Shown here piece by piece: positions 50,918 to 61,925 of a DNA stretch of 64,000 nt. The DNA lies in the NCBI GenBank assembly GCA_963921275.4, contig OZ001293.3, forward strand, positions 2,976,001 to 3,040,000, given 5' to 3'. Both the position numbers and the translations under genes were made by a program. The number at the start of each line of letters is the position of its first letter. The stretch's first letter is position 1. The notes beneath the pieces are model-generated. The model made no database searches. It was not told the DNA's origin and saw nothing but the letters and a program-made list of their open reading frames with translations. The stretch comes from an uncultured Hormoscilla sp. (GTDB taxonomy: Bacteria; Cyanobacteriota; Cyanobacteriia; Cyanobacteriales; Desertifilaceae).

Positions 50918-53641
50918 ATGACTTCGACCATTCTGCTTAGCAAATACGACCCCTCTAACACCGAAGCCAAATGGCAACAATATTGGCAAGACTATCAGGT
51001 CTTTCAAGCTGACCCCGCAAAAGGCGGCGAACCTTACTGTGTCGTTATCCCGCCCCCTAATGTCACGGGCAGTCTCCATATGGGTCACGCTTTTGAAAGT
51101 GCCCTCATCGATACTTTGGTCCGCTACCACCGGATGCGGGGACGCAATACTCTCTGGTTGCCCGGAACTGACCACGCTAGCATCGCGGTCCAAACAATTC
51201 TGGAAAGACAATTACAAGCTGAAGGCAAAACTCGCTACGATCTGGGCCGCGATCGCTTTCTGGAACGGGCCTGGCAGTGGAAAGCTGAGTCCGGAGGGAC
51301 GATCGTCAACCAGCTGCGACGCCTGGGGGTGTCGGTGGATTGGTCTCGGGAACGCTTTACTATGGATGCAGGCTTATCAAAAGCGGTATTAGCAGCATTC
51401 GTCCAATTATACGAACAAGGACTGATTTATCGCGGCAACTACATGGTCAACTGGTGCCCAGCTTCCCAGTCGGCGGTGTCTGACCTGGAGGTGGAAAGTA
51501 AGGAGGTAAATGGGCATCTGTGGCATTTTCGCTATCCTCTCACAGATGGTAGCGGCTATGTGGAGGTGGCAACCACCCGACCGGAAACTATGTTGGGGGA
51601 TACGGCGGTGGCAGTTAATCCCCAAGACGAACGCTATCAGCATTTAATCGGCAAAACAGTCACTTTGCCAATTATGAACCGGGAAATTCCGATTATTGGC
51701 GATGAATTGGTCGATCGGGAGTTCGGGACGGGTTGCGTGAAGGTGACTCCCGCCCACGATCCGAATGACTTTGATATGGGTCAGCGCCACCAGTTGCCCT
51801 TCATCAATATTATGAATAAGGATGGCAGCTTGAATGAAAATGCGGGACAGTTTCAGGGACAAGACCGCTTTGTCGCCCGCAAAAATGTGGTGGAAAAGCT
51901 GCGATCCGAAGGTTTCTTGGTCGAGGTTGAAGATTATACCCATACTGTCCCCTATAGCGATCGGGGCAAGGTACCGATCGAACCTCTCCTCTCTACCCAG
52001 TGGTTCGTGAAAATTCGCCCGATCGCAGATAAAACTCTGGAATTCTTGGACGCACAAAATTCCCCTCGGTTTGTCCCCGATCGCTGGACGAAGGTCTATC
52101 GGGATTGGCTAATAAAATTGAAAGACTGGTGCATCTCCCGCCAACTGTGGTGGGGACATCAAATTCCGGCCTGGTATGCGGTGAGTGAAACTGGGGGCGA
52201 AATAACTGATACTACCCCCTTCTTTGTGGCAGGCGATCGGGAAGCAGCGGCAGCAAAAGCGAAAGCAGAGTTTGGCGAAGACGTGCAGTTGAAACAGGAT
52301 CCAGACGTGTTAGATACCTGGTTTTCTTCGGGACTATGGCCATTTTCGACAATGGGCTGGCCGAAAAAAGACCATCCTGACTTAGACTTTTACTATCCGA
52401 CGACAACCTTGGTAACGGGTTTTGATATCATCTTCTTCTGGGTAGCCCGGATGACGATGATGGCAGGACATTTTACGGGCCAGATGCCCTTTAAGGATGT
52501 CTATATTCACGGGTTGGTCAGGGATGAGAACAACAAAAAAATGTCCAAGTCAGCGGGGAACGGTATAGATCCGCTGCTGCTGATTGAGAAATACGGTACA
52601 GATGCCCTGCATTACACTTTGATTAAGGAAGTGGCAGGTGCAGGTCAAGATATCCGCTTGGAATATAACCGCAAGACTGATGAGTCAGCATCTGTGGAAG
52701 CATCCCGCAATTTTGCCAATAAGTTGTGGAATGCGGCCCGGTTTGTGATGATGAACCTGGATGGGAAAACTCCAGAAACATTGGGTTCTCGTAAAATGGA
52801 GGCCCTAGAACTTTGCGATCGCTGGATTTTGTCTCGGTTCAATCAAGTGGTGCAGCAGACGGGGGACTACATAGATAACTATGGTTTGGGAGAAGCGGCG
52901 AAGGGACTCTATGAGTTCATCTGGGGGGACTTCTGCGATTGGTACATTGAATTGGTAAAATCGCGGCTGCGTCAAGATGGGGAACCAAGTTCCCGGGTGG
53001 TGGCCCAGCAAACTTTGGCCTGCGTATTAGAAGGGATCCTGAAACTGCTGCATCCCTTTATGCCCCATATTACCGAGGAAATTTGGCAGACTCTCACTCA
53101 AGCAGAGGCAGGGAAAAGTTTGGCGATCGCACTTTATCCCCAGGCCCAGACAAGTATAATAGATGGCTTGCTGGAAGAAGATTTCGATCTGATAATTGAC
53201 ACGATCCGCACGATCCGGAATTTGCGGGCGGAGGCGGATGTTAAACCCGGAGTGCAGGTGGACGTTATCTTGCAGAGTGAAAGCGTCAGGGAACGAAAAA
53301 TACTGGAGGCCGGGGAAACTTATCTGCGAGAGATTGGTAAGGTGGAGAAATTAACCATTACCGAGACTGTGGCGGAAGTTGGGCAGATTATAGCAGGGGT
53401 GACGGGGACAGTGCAAGTGCTAATTCCCTTGGCAGGTGTAGTGGATGTGGAGGCCCTGCGTGCTAAGTTACAGAAGGATTTGGCTAAGATAGAAGCAGAA
53501 ATCAAATCTCTGTCTGGCCGTCTGAATAATCCGGGTTTTGTTAACAAAGCCCCAGCAGAAGTGGTAGAAGGGGCTCGGATGAGTCTGGCAGAGTCGGAAA
53601 AACAAGCCGAAATTTTGCGCGATCGCCTGAGTCATCTGTGA
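50918..53641 (+). CDS. valS: valine--tRNA ligase
   Basis: [25 protein letters not shown] and KMSKS; start taken at ATG 50918. Confidence 0.98.
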   Translation: MTSTILLSKYDPSNTEAKWQQYWQDYQVFQADPAKGGEPYCVVIPPPNVTGSLHMGHAFESALIDTLVRYHRMRGRNTLWLPGTDHASIAVQTILERQLQAEGKTRYDLGRDRFLERAWQWKAESGGTIVNQLRRLGVSVDWSRERFTMDAGLSKAVLAAFVQLYEQGLIYRGNYMVNWCPASQSAVSDLEVESKEVNGHLWHFRYPLTDGSGYVEVATTRPETMLGDTAVAVNPQDERYQHLIGKTVTLPIMNREIPIIGDELVDREFGTGCVKVTPAHDPNDFDMGQRHQLPFINIMNKDGSLNENAGQFQGQDRFVARKNVVEKLRSEGFLVEVEDYTHTVPYSDRGKVPIEPLLSTQWFVKIRPIADKTLEFLDAQNSPRFVPDRWTKVYRDWLIKLKDWCISRQLWWGHQIPAWYAVSETGGEITDTTPFFVAGDREAAAAKAKAEFGEDVQLKQDPDVLDTWFSSGLWPFSTMGWPKKDHPDLDFYYPTTTLVTGFDIIFFWVARMTMMAGHFTGQMPFKDVYIHGLVRDENNKKMSKSAGNGIDPLLLIEKYGTDALHYTLIKEVAGAGQDIRLEYNRKTDESASVEASRNFANKLWNAARFVMMNLDGKTPETLGSRKMEALELCDRWILSRFNQVVQQTGDYIDNYGLGEAAKGLYEFIWGDFCDWYIELVKSRLRQDGEPSSRVVAQQTLACVLEGILKLLHPFMPHITEEIWQTLTQAEAGKSLAIALYPQAQTSIIDGLLEEDFDLIIDTIRTIRNLRAEADVKPGVQVDVILQSESVRERKILEAGETYLREIGKVEKLTITETVAEVGQIIAGVTGTVQVLIPLAGVVDVEALRAKLQKDLAKIEAEIKSLSGRLNNPGFVNKAPAEVVEGARMSLAESEKQAEILRDRLSHL

Positions 53642-54028
53642 AGCCCCCCAGCCTAAAGACTGGGGCTACACTTCCCTTCGCCCGCCTGCGGGGGCTAGAT
53701 GACAAGCATTTCGTTGTTCTCTAGACAGACAATGAACGAAGGGACAAAAGAGACGGAAATCCTATATCTAGCCCAACTCCAAAAGCAGTCTGGCCAAGCT
53801 GGACTGCGGTTGCTAGCAGCTTATTCCCATAAGTTAATCGCGGTTGTTCTCCCCCTCGCAATGACAAATAAAATCCTTCTTATAGTGAGATGCGCCCGAT
53901 CGCTACGGGTGCATCCCGTTTTTGCTTCGCTATTACTATATCCGTCATCTCCGTCATTTTTGTCATCTACACGCTACGCTAAAAATGAGATGTACCGGCA
54001 CCGGTTTAGTTGAGGCACGAAACCCAAC

Positions 54029-54550
54029 CTACGAACTTACTTGACCTTGTTTCTGGCGCTGGCGCAAAAAATCAGCAAACTCTTCAAGTTGTCCCAGACG
54101 TTCTTCTGAAAGTTCATCTAAAATAGCTGCTAGTCTGGCCCGAACCCCAACAGTTTCACTAGCTGGTTTAACCAGGGATATTGGTCAGGATAAACAGTTT
54201 CAATGCCTATATTTTCTACAAAAGAGTCTGGATCGTCTCTATGACTCTCAATGAAATTTCCTTGCTGATCGTATTTTACCCAGTTGCCAAACATTTCTAG
54301 GCGTTGCACAATCACGGGATGATGGGTCTCTTTGCATAAGTCTTAAACGTATACTATAAGCCACTTTTAGTTATGTGCAAACAATGGCATCATCCCCAAA
54401 ATGTGCAACGCCCATTTCCAATTCGTAAGCTTCACCATTCTTATAAACTTCGACGCTCGTTCCTATCGTTCCTGAACTAGCTATCCCACCTTCAGTTAAT
54501 TCTATATCTTGGGTTAATTTAACAGTAGCAAAGAGGTGAAATTAATTCAT
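54029..54550 (-). pseudogene. DUF4926-like protein broken by a stop at codon 3, a MITE and a frameshift
   Basis: Removing the MITE and one TSD copy restores GTIGTSVEVYKNGEAYELEMFGNW; the tail LDELSEERLGQLEEFADFL is in a shifted frame. Confidence 0.6.
54300..54412. mobile_element. 113-bp MITE (GGCGTTGCACA family)
   Basis: Same TIRs as 30906-31018; TSD CATTTC(T/C)A. Confidence 0.85.
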
Positions 54551-54662
54551 TGTCAAACCTCCTATCCTTCTGTGCTAAGAAATAGAGTTTCTGCGAGAAA
54601 CCTGGTCTCTGGGTTTTGTAACCTATGTACTCGCCTTGTCCTCGATATCGCCAGATAGCCTT

Positions 54663-55520
54663 TCACAAAAACTCCAGTACCCTTTGGAGATAAATATCAG
54701 CCGACTCCAACATCGGAAAATGAGCCGTATTGGGAATCATCGCAAATTCTACTAAATCATTCAACTCAGCCGCCTTTTTCCCCATCATAGCTGGAATAAT
54801 CTTATCGTACTCACCAGCAATCAACAGACAGGGCACAGATAAATTAGCAAATTCCCCTGGCATAATTTCCGCTGCATGCTTACTTATAGAAGTATATATC
54901 GTACCCAATGCTGCGTCGTAATCTGCCAACAGAAAATCTTCCAAAAAAGCCCGACTTTGGGCAGTGGGAATGGTACGATACAGAAATCTGGCCATAAACA
55001 TCTTATCCATCAGGGGAATCTGCGTCAGCCACTTGGGGCGAAACTTCACTACATACCCGCCAAAGCGATGAAAAGCCGTAAATGACTTTTCGTCGTATTC
55101 AAAAATCCCACTACAGGTAAAAATAGCCTTTTCTACCAATTCCGGGTAGCGATTGATAAACAGCACCGCCACTGACGCCCCCATGGAATGGGCATTAATA
55201 TACACCCGTTCCAGCTGCAAAGCATCTAGCAATGCTGCTAAATCTTCTGCATATTCTTCCATTTCGTAGCCAATTTCCACCGGTTGTTCCGGCAGTCGGC
55301 TTCTGCCAAACCCCCGCATATCATATAGCAGACAATCAAATTTATCCCCGATCGCGCAGCGTGCGCGCAGCGCAATCGCCCTTGCCGTCGATTCCCAGTA
55401 CCGGTCCGAACCCGCCCAGCCGTGGACAAACACCATCACCGGCTTACTTGACGCCGCCGAATCCCCTTTCACCCATTCATAATAATGTTCTACGCCACGA
55501 ACCTTTATCTTTACCATCAT
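54663..55520 (-). CDS. alpha/beta fold hydrolase
   Basis: FVHGWAG, YDMRGFGRS, AHSMGA and TAHFPMLE motifs. Confidence 0.9.
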   Translation of the reverse strand: MMVKIKVRGVEHYYEWVKGDSAASSKPVMVFVHGWAGSDRYWESTARAIALRARCAIGDKFDCLLYDMRGFGRSRLPEQPVEIGYEMEEYAEDLAALLDALQLERVYINAHSMGASVAVLFINRYPELVEKAIFTCSGIFEYDEKSFTAFHRFGGYVVKFRPKWLTQIPLMDKMFMARFLYRTIPTAQSRAFLEDFLLADYDAALGTIYTSISKHAAEIMPGEFANLSVPCLLIAGEYDKIIPAMMGKKAAELNDLVEFAMIPNTAHFPMLESADIYLQRVLEFL

Positions 55521-55589
55521 CCTATAAAACAATCGAGGGTGAAATCCTGTAGACTTCACCCTTCACTATATCCTCTATCCCGGACAAAG

Positions 55590-56930
55590 TTAAGCAGAAG
55601 CTGGCTTCGGCAGAGAAGAAGGATGTAACAGCAACTCAGCAGTCGATCGCTTCTCAACCATTTCCTTAGTGATGGCGCAGCGAGTCACATCCTTGCGGGA
55701 TGGCAACTCGTACATCACCTCCAGCATCAGTTCTTCCACGATACTCCGCAGGGCCCTCGCTCCCGTCTTGCGCCGGTATGCTTCTTTGGCGATCGCCTTT
55801 ATCGCCTCCGGTCGGAACTCCAGCTGAACATTATCCATCCAGAGCAGTTTCTGGTATTGTTTAACCAGAGCATTTTTCGGTTCCGTCAAGATTGCCATCA
55901 GGGCCTCTTCATCCAGAGGTTCCACAACTGCCGCCACTGGTATTCTGCCAATGAACTCTGGAATCATGCCAAACTTCACCAGATCGTCTGGTTCCATATG
56001 TTTCAGTACCTCAGCTGTCCGTTGTTCCTTTCGAGGCGTATTTTCTCCAGGCTGAATAAACCCGATCGACTTTTTCCCCGTCCGTTGGGAGACCACCTTA
56101 TCCAGGCCCACAAACGCACCGCCACAAATAAACAGGACATTACCCGTATCGATCTGAATGCAATCTTGGTAGGGATGCTTCCGTCCCCCTTGGGGAGGCA
56201 CATTTGCTACAGTTCCCTCCAACATTTTCAGCAAAGCTTGCTGAACACCTTCACCCGATACATCCCTCGTGATTGAGGGATTTTCGCTCTTACGGGCAAT
56301 CTTGTCAATTTCATCTATATAAATGATTCCCCGCTGAGCTTCTTCTACATCAAACTCTGCCACTTGCAGGAGACGCAGCAAGATATTTTCCACATCCTCA
56401 CCGACATACCCCGCTTCCGTCAGTGTCGTCGCATCTGCCACTGCGAAGGGTACATCCAGCATTTTTGCCAGAGTTTGAGCCAACAGCGTTTTTCCACAGC
56501 CCGTCGGCCCGATCAGCAGGATATTCGACTTTTGCAATTCTACAGCATCATCCTTATTAGAACCTTTGCCGTCGTTTTTCGCCTGGATAAAGCTGAGACG
56601 CTTGTAATGGTTATATACCGCCACCGAGAGTACCTTTTTCGCCTCCTCTTGACCTATTACATGGTCGTCGAGGTACTTTTTAATCTCTTTCGGCTTAGGA
56701 ATTTGATGCAACGATACATTTGCTGTACTTTTCCGCCGCTTTGGCGCCGGTTTTTCTCGCCGCTGTCCTGCTGTCGAACTTGAATCAAACAGTTCCTCGT
56801 CTAAAATCTCGTTACACAGTTCCACGCACTCATCGCAAATATATACTCCCGGCCCAGCTATCAATTTGCGCACTTGCTCCTGAGACTTTCCACAAAAGGA
56901 ACATTTTAGATGGGAATCATACTTTGACAT
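55590..56930 (-). CDS. clpX: ATP-dependent Clp protease ATP-binding subunit ClpX
   Basis: CSFCGK zinc finger, GPTGCGKT and RDVSGEGVQ. Confidence 0.98.
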
Positions 56931-56940
56931 ACTCTGCCTC

Positions 56941-57624
56941 TCATTTCACTACTGCGATCGGTTTGACCTTGGTGGGGCTGGAGATTACGCGATCTATGAT
57001 ACCATAATTTTTGGCTTCCTCTGCCGACATAAAGAAGTCGCGTTCCGTATCTGCTGCTATTTTTTCCAGGGGTTGACCCGTGTGTTCCGCTAGCAATTCA
57101 TTCAGAGTTTGCTTATGATAGAGAATTTCTCGGGCTTGAATTTCTATGTCAACCGCTTGTCCTTGAGCCCCACCTAATGGCTGGTGAATCATGATCCGGG
57201 AATTCGGCAAAGACATGCGCTTGCCTGGGCCCCCCGCCGTCAGCAGAAAGGCGCCCATACTCGCAGCTAAACCATAACATATGGTCACCACATCTGGGCG
57301 AATTTGTTGCATCGTGTCATATATTGCCATCCCAGCCGTCACCGACCCTCCCGGGGAGTTGATGTATAGCTGGATGTCTTTTTCTGGGTCTTCTGCTTCC
57401 AGGAACAGCAATTGGGCCACTAGCGAGTCGGCTACATTATCGTTCACCTGCGTTCCCAAAAAGACAATCCGCTCGCGCAATAGCCGCGAGTAGATATCAA
57501 AGGCCCTTTCTCCTCTACCGGACTGTTCGACTACCATCGGGATGACACCCAAGGTCTTCACAGAGTAGGCATCAAAGCTGCTCTTGCTTTCGGGCGAGTA
57601 ATTTTTGGTTTGAGATACAAGCAT
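56941..57624 (-). CDS. clpP: Clp protease proteolytic subunit
   Basis: [19 protein letters not shown] and MIHQP. Confidence 0.98.
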
Positions 57625-57789
57625 AAAGCCGTCAGTTGTCAGTTATCAGTTGTCAGTTGTCAGTTGTCAGTTGCCTAGTCTGTCTTTGCCTGTTCTGGTC
57701 AGCTAATACCATTCTCTCTGTAGACCATTATGACCTAATCTACTGGAGTTGGGGGGGAAATCTTACTCTTGGGACTCGAATGGGCCGAT

Positions 57790-59301
57790 CTACTCGATAG
57801 GTGCTTCGGGCCCTGTTTGAGGGATTTCCTCTGCTGGTGCTGGATCTACTAGTGCTGTCTCCTCGCGAACCCCTACGGTCCGCGGACGGCCCGAAAAATC
57901 GGACTCCGACTGGCCGATCGCCTCTTGGGAGTCTGGATCTGCTGGTGGTTGTAGGGTTCCTTCTGGGACCAGTTCTATCGTGCTATGTTCTTCTACCCAA
58001 CCGAGGACTTTTTCTCGCACCAGGTCTATTCCGACCGCCTCTCTTAGTTTTTCTTGGTCAAATATCTCCTTCTCCTGATGGGAGTATTGAGCCAATATCT
58101 CTGTCATTTTCGCCTCTATGGCTTCTGGGGAGACAAAAATGGATTCCCGTTTGGCTATTTCTGTTACTGCTAGGTTGCGTTTAATCCGTTCGATCGCCTC
58201 TGGCTGTGAGTTCTGGCGCATGGAAGCGACCATTTCTTTTGTCAAGATCTTTTGCAAGTCCACCCCTTGCCTAGCCAGATCGTATACTGTCTGAGTCACC
58301 ATTTCGTCAATCTCAGAGGATATCGTACTTGCAGGAATTTCCACTTCCAGCTGCTCTACCAGCGCCTCCATGAGAGCTTGGGACTTATTAGCTGCTGTTT
58401 GACGTTCGGCCCGCTCTTTATATTTGCTTTCCAGATCGGCTCGCAATTCGGCTAGGGTTTCAAACTCACTAACTTCTGCGGCGAGTTCATCGTCTAATTC
58501 TGGCAACTCTTGTTCTTTAATCTCCTTGAGGGTAATGCTGAACACCGCTGGAATACCCCTCAAGTCCTTTTGGGGATAGTCTTCTGGGAACTGGAGCGGT
58601 ACTTCTTTAGTTTCCCCCAGCTGCATCCCGACAATGCCCTCCACAAATCCAGGGATAAACCCTTCCGTTTTCAGTTCCAGTTCAAACTCGGAGGCTTTGG
58701 CTCCGGGAATCTCTGTTTCCCCTTCTTGCCCTTCTTGCCCTTCAAAAGACGATGTCCTCGCCATCCGCCCGGCAAAATCGATCACCGTTATGTCACCCAT
58801 CTGGGCTGGACGGTCTTCTACTGGTATCAGAGTCGCTTGCTTGTGACGTTGCTCTTCCAATATTTCATCTACTGTGACGGGGTCGTACTTTACTTCCTCT
58901 ACTTTTATGGTTAAGCCTGTGTACTGTTCGATTTGAATTTCTGGCGGTATGTCAACCGCCACATTGAATGTCAGCGGTTGTCCTGGCTGATACTGGCTGA
59001 CTAATGCCTCGAACTCTGATACCAACTGGGGTTTGTCCAAAGCCTCTATCTTCTCTTGGGCGATCGCCTCTGATGCCACTTCTTCGATCAGCTTTTCTAG
59101 GGCCACTGCTTTCAGATTCTGGGAGCCCAACCGCTGGATCAACACTTGACGCGGCACTTTTCCTTTCCGAAACCCAGGAATGTTTACCTTCCGCCTGTAC
59201 TCTGCCAGCACCTGCTCGTAAGCCTGCTTGGACCTTTCCGGTGTTATTTCTATTTCCAGACCCATCTGGCTGTTTGGACGCTTTTCCTGGGTTACTTTCA
59301 T
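57790..59301 (-). CDS. tig: trigger factor
   Basis: IPGFRKGKVP and an FKBP domain (FIPGFVEGIVG, FPEDY); lies upstream of clpP-clpX. Confidence 0.96.
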   Translation of the reverse strand: MKVTQEKRPNSQMGLEIEITPERSKQAYEQVLAEYRRKVNIPGFRKGKVPRQVLIQRLGSQNLKAVALEKLIEEVASEAIAQEKIEALDKPQLVSEFEALVSQYQPGQPLTFNVAVDIPPEIQIEQYTGLTIKVEEVKYDPVTVDEILEEQRHKQATLIPVEDRPAQMGDITVIDFAGRMARTSSFEGQEGQEGETEIPGAKASEFELELKTEGFIPGFVEGIVGMQLGETKEVPLQFPEDYPQKDLRGIPAVFSITLKEIKEQELPELDDELAAEVSEFETLAELRADLESKYKERAERQTAANKSQALMEALVEQLEVEIPASTISSEIDEMVTQTVYDLARQGVDLQKILTKEMVASMRQNSQPEAIERIKRNLAVTEIAKRESIFVSPEAIEAKMTEILAQYSHQEKEIFDQEKLREAVGIDLVREKVLGWVEEHSTIELVPEGTLQPPADPDSQEAIGQSESDFSGRPRTVGVREETALVDPAPAEEIPQTGPEAPIE

Positions 59302-59682
59302 TTGTTCTTGACCAATATTTCCTACTTGTTCGCAGTCGGCCCGATCGCCCTAGCCTACCAGCAGCGCCATAGACGCCTGCCGGTTGTGGCGCTGCTGCAT
59401 GCAGTTGCCGATCGACATTGCTTTCCTATCATACAGTTCCTGTCCGTGATTGGGGCGGATACATCAGCCCGATAACTTTCAAGACCCTAAAACCCAGGCT
59501 GCCAGGCTAACTCAGGCCCTTTGCGCCATCGGAGCGATCCCAGTCAGGTGTTAACTTGCTATTAGTTAGATTAAGATAGATTACATCCGAGACCTGCTAG
59601 AATCGGAAAGCTTATAGTTCGTTCATATTTTCTATTTTCGCCTTGTGCTCAAACTTAATACTTGTCTGTAGAAGGAGGGGCT

Positions 59683-60738
59683 TTGTCTATATATTACCGA
59701 GTAGCAATTTTAGGAGCGACGGGTGCAGTGGGCACCGAGTTAGTGGAATTATTGGCATCGCGAAAATTTCCCCTTGCCGATCTGAAGCTGCTAGCTTCCC
59801 CGAGGAGTGCCGGTCGTAAAATGAGGTTTCAGGACAGGGAAATAGAAGTGGAGGCGGTAGGAGAGGGGTGTTTTGATGATGTGGATTTGGTGCTAGCCTC
59901 AGCAGGAGGTGCGATTTCGAGAACTTGGGCGCACAAAGCAGTAGCAGCTGGGGCCGTGGTGGTGGATAACTCGAGTGCTTTCCGTATGGATCCGCAAGTA
60001 CCATTGGTAATTCCAGAAATTAACCCCCAAGCAGCGGCAAAACATCAGGGGATTATTGCCAACCCCAACTGCTCGACGATTTTGATGGCTGTTGCGGTCT
60101 GGCCTTTGCATCAGGTCCAACCGGTGGAGCGCTTGGTGGTGGCGACCTACCAATCGGCTAGTGGTGCCGGTGCGCGGGCGATGCAAGAGGTGAAAACTCA
60201 GGCCCAAGCGATCTTAAATGGTGAAGAACCCCAGGCTTCGGCGTTTCCCTATCCCTTGGCTTTTAATTTGTTTCTGCATAACTCGAAGTTGAACGATCGG
60301 GGGTATTGTGAGGAAGAAATGAAAATGGTGAATGAGACGCGGAAGATTTTTGGGGCACCGGAGATGAGAATAGCAGCAACTTGCGTGCGGGTGCCCGTAC
60401 TCCGGGCCCATTCGGAAGCAGTGAATCTGGAATTTTCCCAGCCTTTTGATGTACAAGCGGCGCGGGAAATTATTAAAGCAGCACCAGGGGTGCGTCTGGT
60501 AGAAGATTGGCAAGCAAACTATTTCCCGATGCCGATGGAGGCGACGGGTAAAGATGATGTATTGGTCGGTCGGATTCGTCAAGATATTTCTCATCCCTGT
60601 GGGTTGGATATGTGGCTGAGTGGCGACCAAATTCGGAAGGGGGCAGCTTTGAATGCCGTGCAAATTGCGGAGTTGTTGGTGGAACAGAATCTGCTAGGTA
60701 GTCCGAAAATGCTGGCAAGGACTGCCTTTGAGAGTTAA
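59683..60738 (+). CDS. asd: aspartate-semialdehyde dehydrogenase
   Basis: GATGAVG, DNSSAFR, NPNCST and CVRVPV; TTG start after AAGGAGG. Confidence 0.97.
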   Translation: MSIYYRVAILGATGAVGTELVELLASRKFPLADLKLLASPRSAGRKMRFQDREIEVEAVGEGCFDDVDLVLASAGGAISRTWAHKAVAAGAVVVDNSSAFRMDPQVPLVIPEINPQAAAKHQGIIANPNCSTILMAVAVWPLHQVQPVERLVVATYQSASGAGARAMQEVKTQAQAILNGEEPQASAFPYPLAFNLFLHNSKLNDRGYCEEEMKMVNETRKIFGAPEMRIAATCVRVPVLRAHSEAVNLEFSQPFDVQAAREIIKAAPGVRLVEDWQANYFPMPMEATGKDDVLVGRIRQDISHPCGLDMWLSGDQIRKGAALNAVQIAELLVEQNLLGSPKMLARTAFES

Positions 60739-60754
60739 CAATGAGGAGTGAATT

Positions 60755-61639
60755 GTGAGAGATTTTGGACGAGTGATCGCTGCGATGGTGACGCCTTTCG
60801 CAGCAGATGGCAAGGTAGATTACGCTGTTGCTGAAAAGCTGGCATCCTGGTTAGTGGAAAACGGAACAGATAGTTTGGTGGTTTGCGGTACGACGGGTGA
60901 GTCTCCAACTTTAAGTTGGGATGAGGAGTACGAGTTGTTTCAGGTGGTGCAGCGCACAGTGGCGGGGAAGGCGTTGGTAATCGCTGGTACGGGCTCGAAT
61001 TCGACCTCGGAGGCGATCGCGGCTACCGAAAAAGCTGCTAAGCTAGGATTAGATGGTTCTTTGCAGGTGGTGCCTTATTACAATAAGCCGCCTCAAGAGG
61101 GGCTTTATCAGCATTTTCGGGCGATCGCAGATAGTTGCCCTTCCTTGCCGATGATGCTCTACAATATACCCGGTCGGACTGGGACGAATATGCAACCAGA
61201 GACGATCGCGCGTCTGGCGGAAATAGATAATATCGTGGCAATCAAGGAGTCGAGTGGGAATCTCGATCGGGTCAGTCAGATCAGAAGTATGACTGGGCCA
61301 GAATTTGAGATCTACTCAGGGGATGATTCTCTGACTTTGCCCATGTTAGCTGTGGGCGGGAAAGGGGTGGTCAGTGTTGCTGCTCATTTGGTGGGAAATC
61401 AGCTACAAGAGATGATTAAAGCCTTTGGGGCGGGTCAGACCCAAAAGGCGACTGAAATCCATCTGCAACTTTTCCCTTTATTCAAAGCTTTGTTTACCAC
61501 TACGAACCCTATTCCCGTTAAGGCAGCACTCAAACTGCAAGGTTGGGAGGTGGGTTCGACTCGTCTTCCCCTTGGAGACCCGCCGGAACATGTCAATCAA
61601 ACCCTAAAAAATGTTATAACTGAACTAAATTTACTCTAA
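60755..61639 (+). CDS. dapA: 4-hydroxy-tetrahydrodipicolinate synthase
   Basis: GTTGES, PYYNKP, YNIPGRT and IKESSG. Confidence 0.98.
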   Translation: MRDFGRVIAAMVTPFAADGKVDYAVAEKLASWLVENGTDSLVVCGTTGESPTLSWDEEYELFQVVQRTVAGKALVIAGTGSNSTSEAIAATEKAAKLGLDGSLQVVPYYNKPPQEGLYQHFRAIADSCPSLPMMLYNIPGRTGTNMQPETIARLAEIDNIVAIKESSGNLDRVSQIRSMTGPEFEIYSGDDSLTLPMLAVGGKGVVSVAAHLVGNQLQEMIKAFGAGQTQKATEIHLQLFPLFKALFTTTNPIPVKAALKLQGWEVGSTRLPLGDPPEHVNQTLKNVITELNLL

Positions 61640-61925
61640 GCAGGTTTTGAGTACAACTTAGTAGTTTGAATTGTCAGTGGTAGGTAGTCAGTTGAAAGTA
61701 GTCAGTTGAAAGTAGCCCAATAACAACAAAAACTAACAACATACTGACAGGCGAGACGCCTGTACTACGAACTGACAACTAACAACATACTGACAGGCGT
61801 CTCGCCTGTCATACGAACTAACAACTAACAACCAACCATTGTCGTGGGTTAGTCATTAGTCATCAGCAAAGGACTAATGACGCCGACGCCTAATGACTAA
61901 ACATAAATGAATGTAGAGGTAGTTT

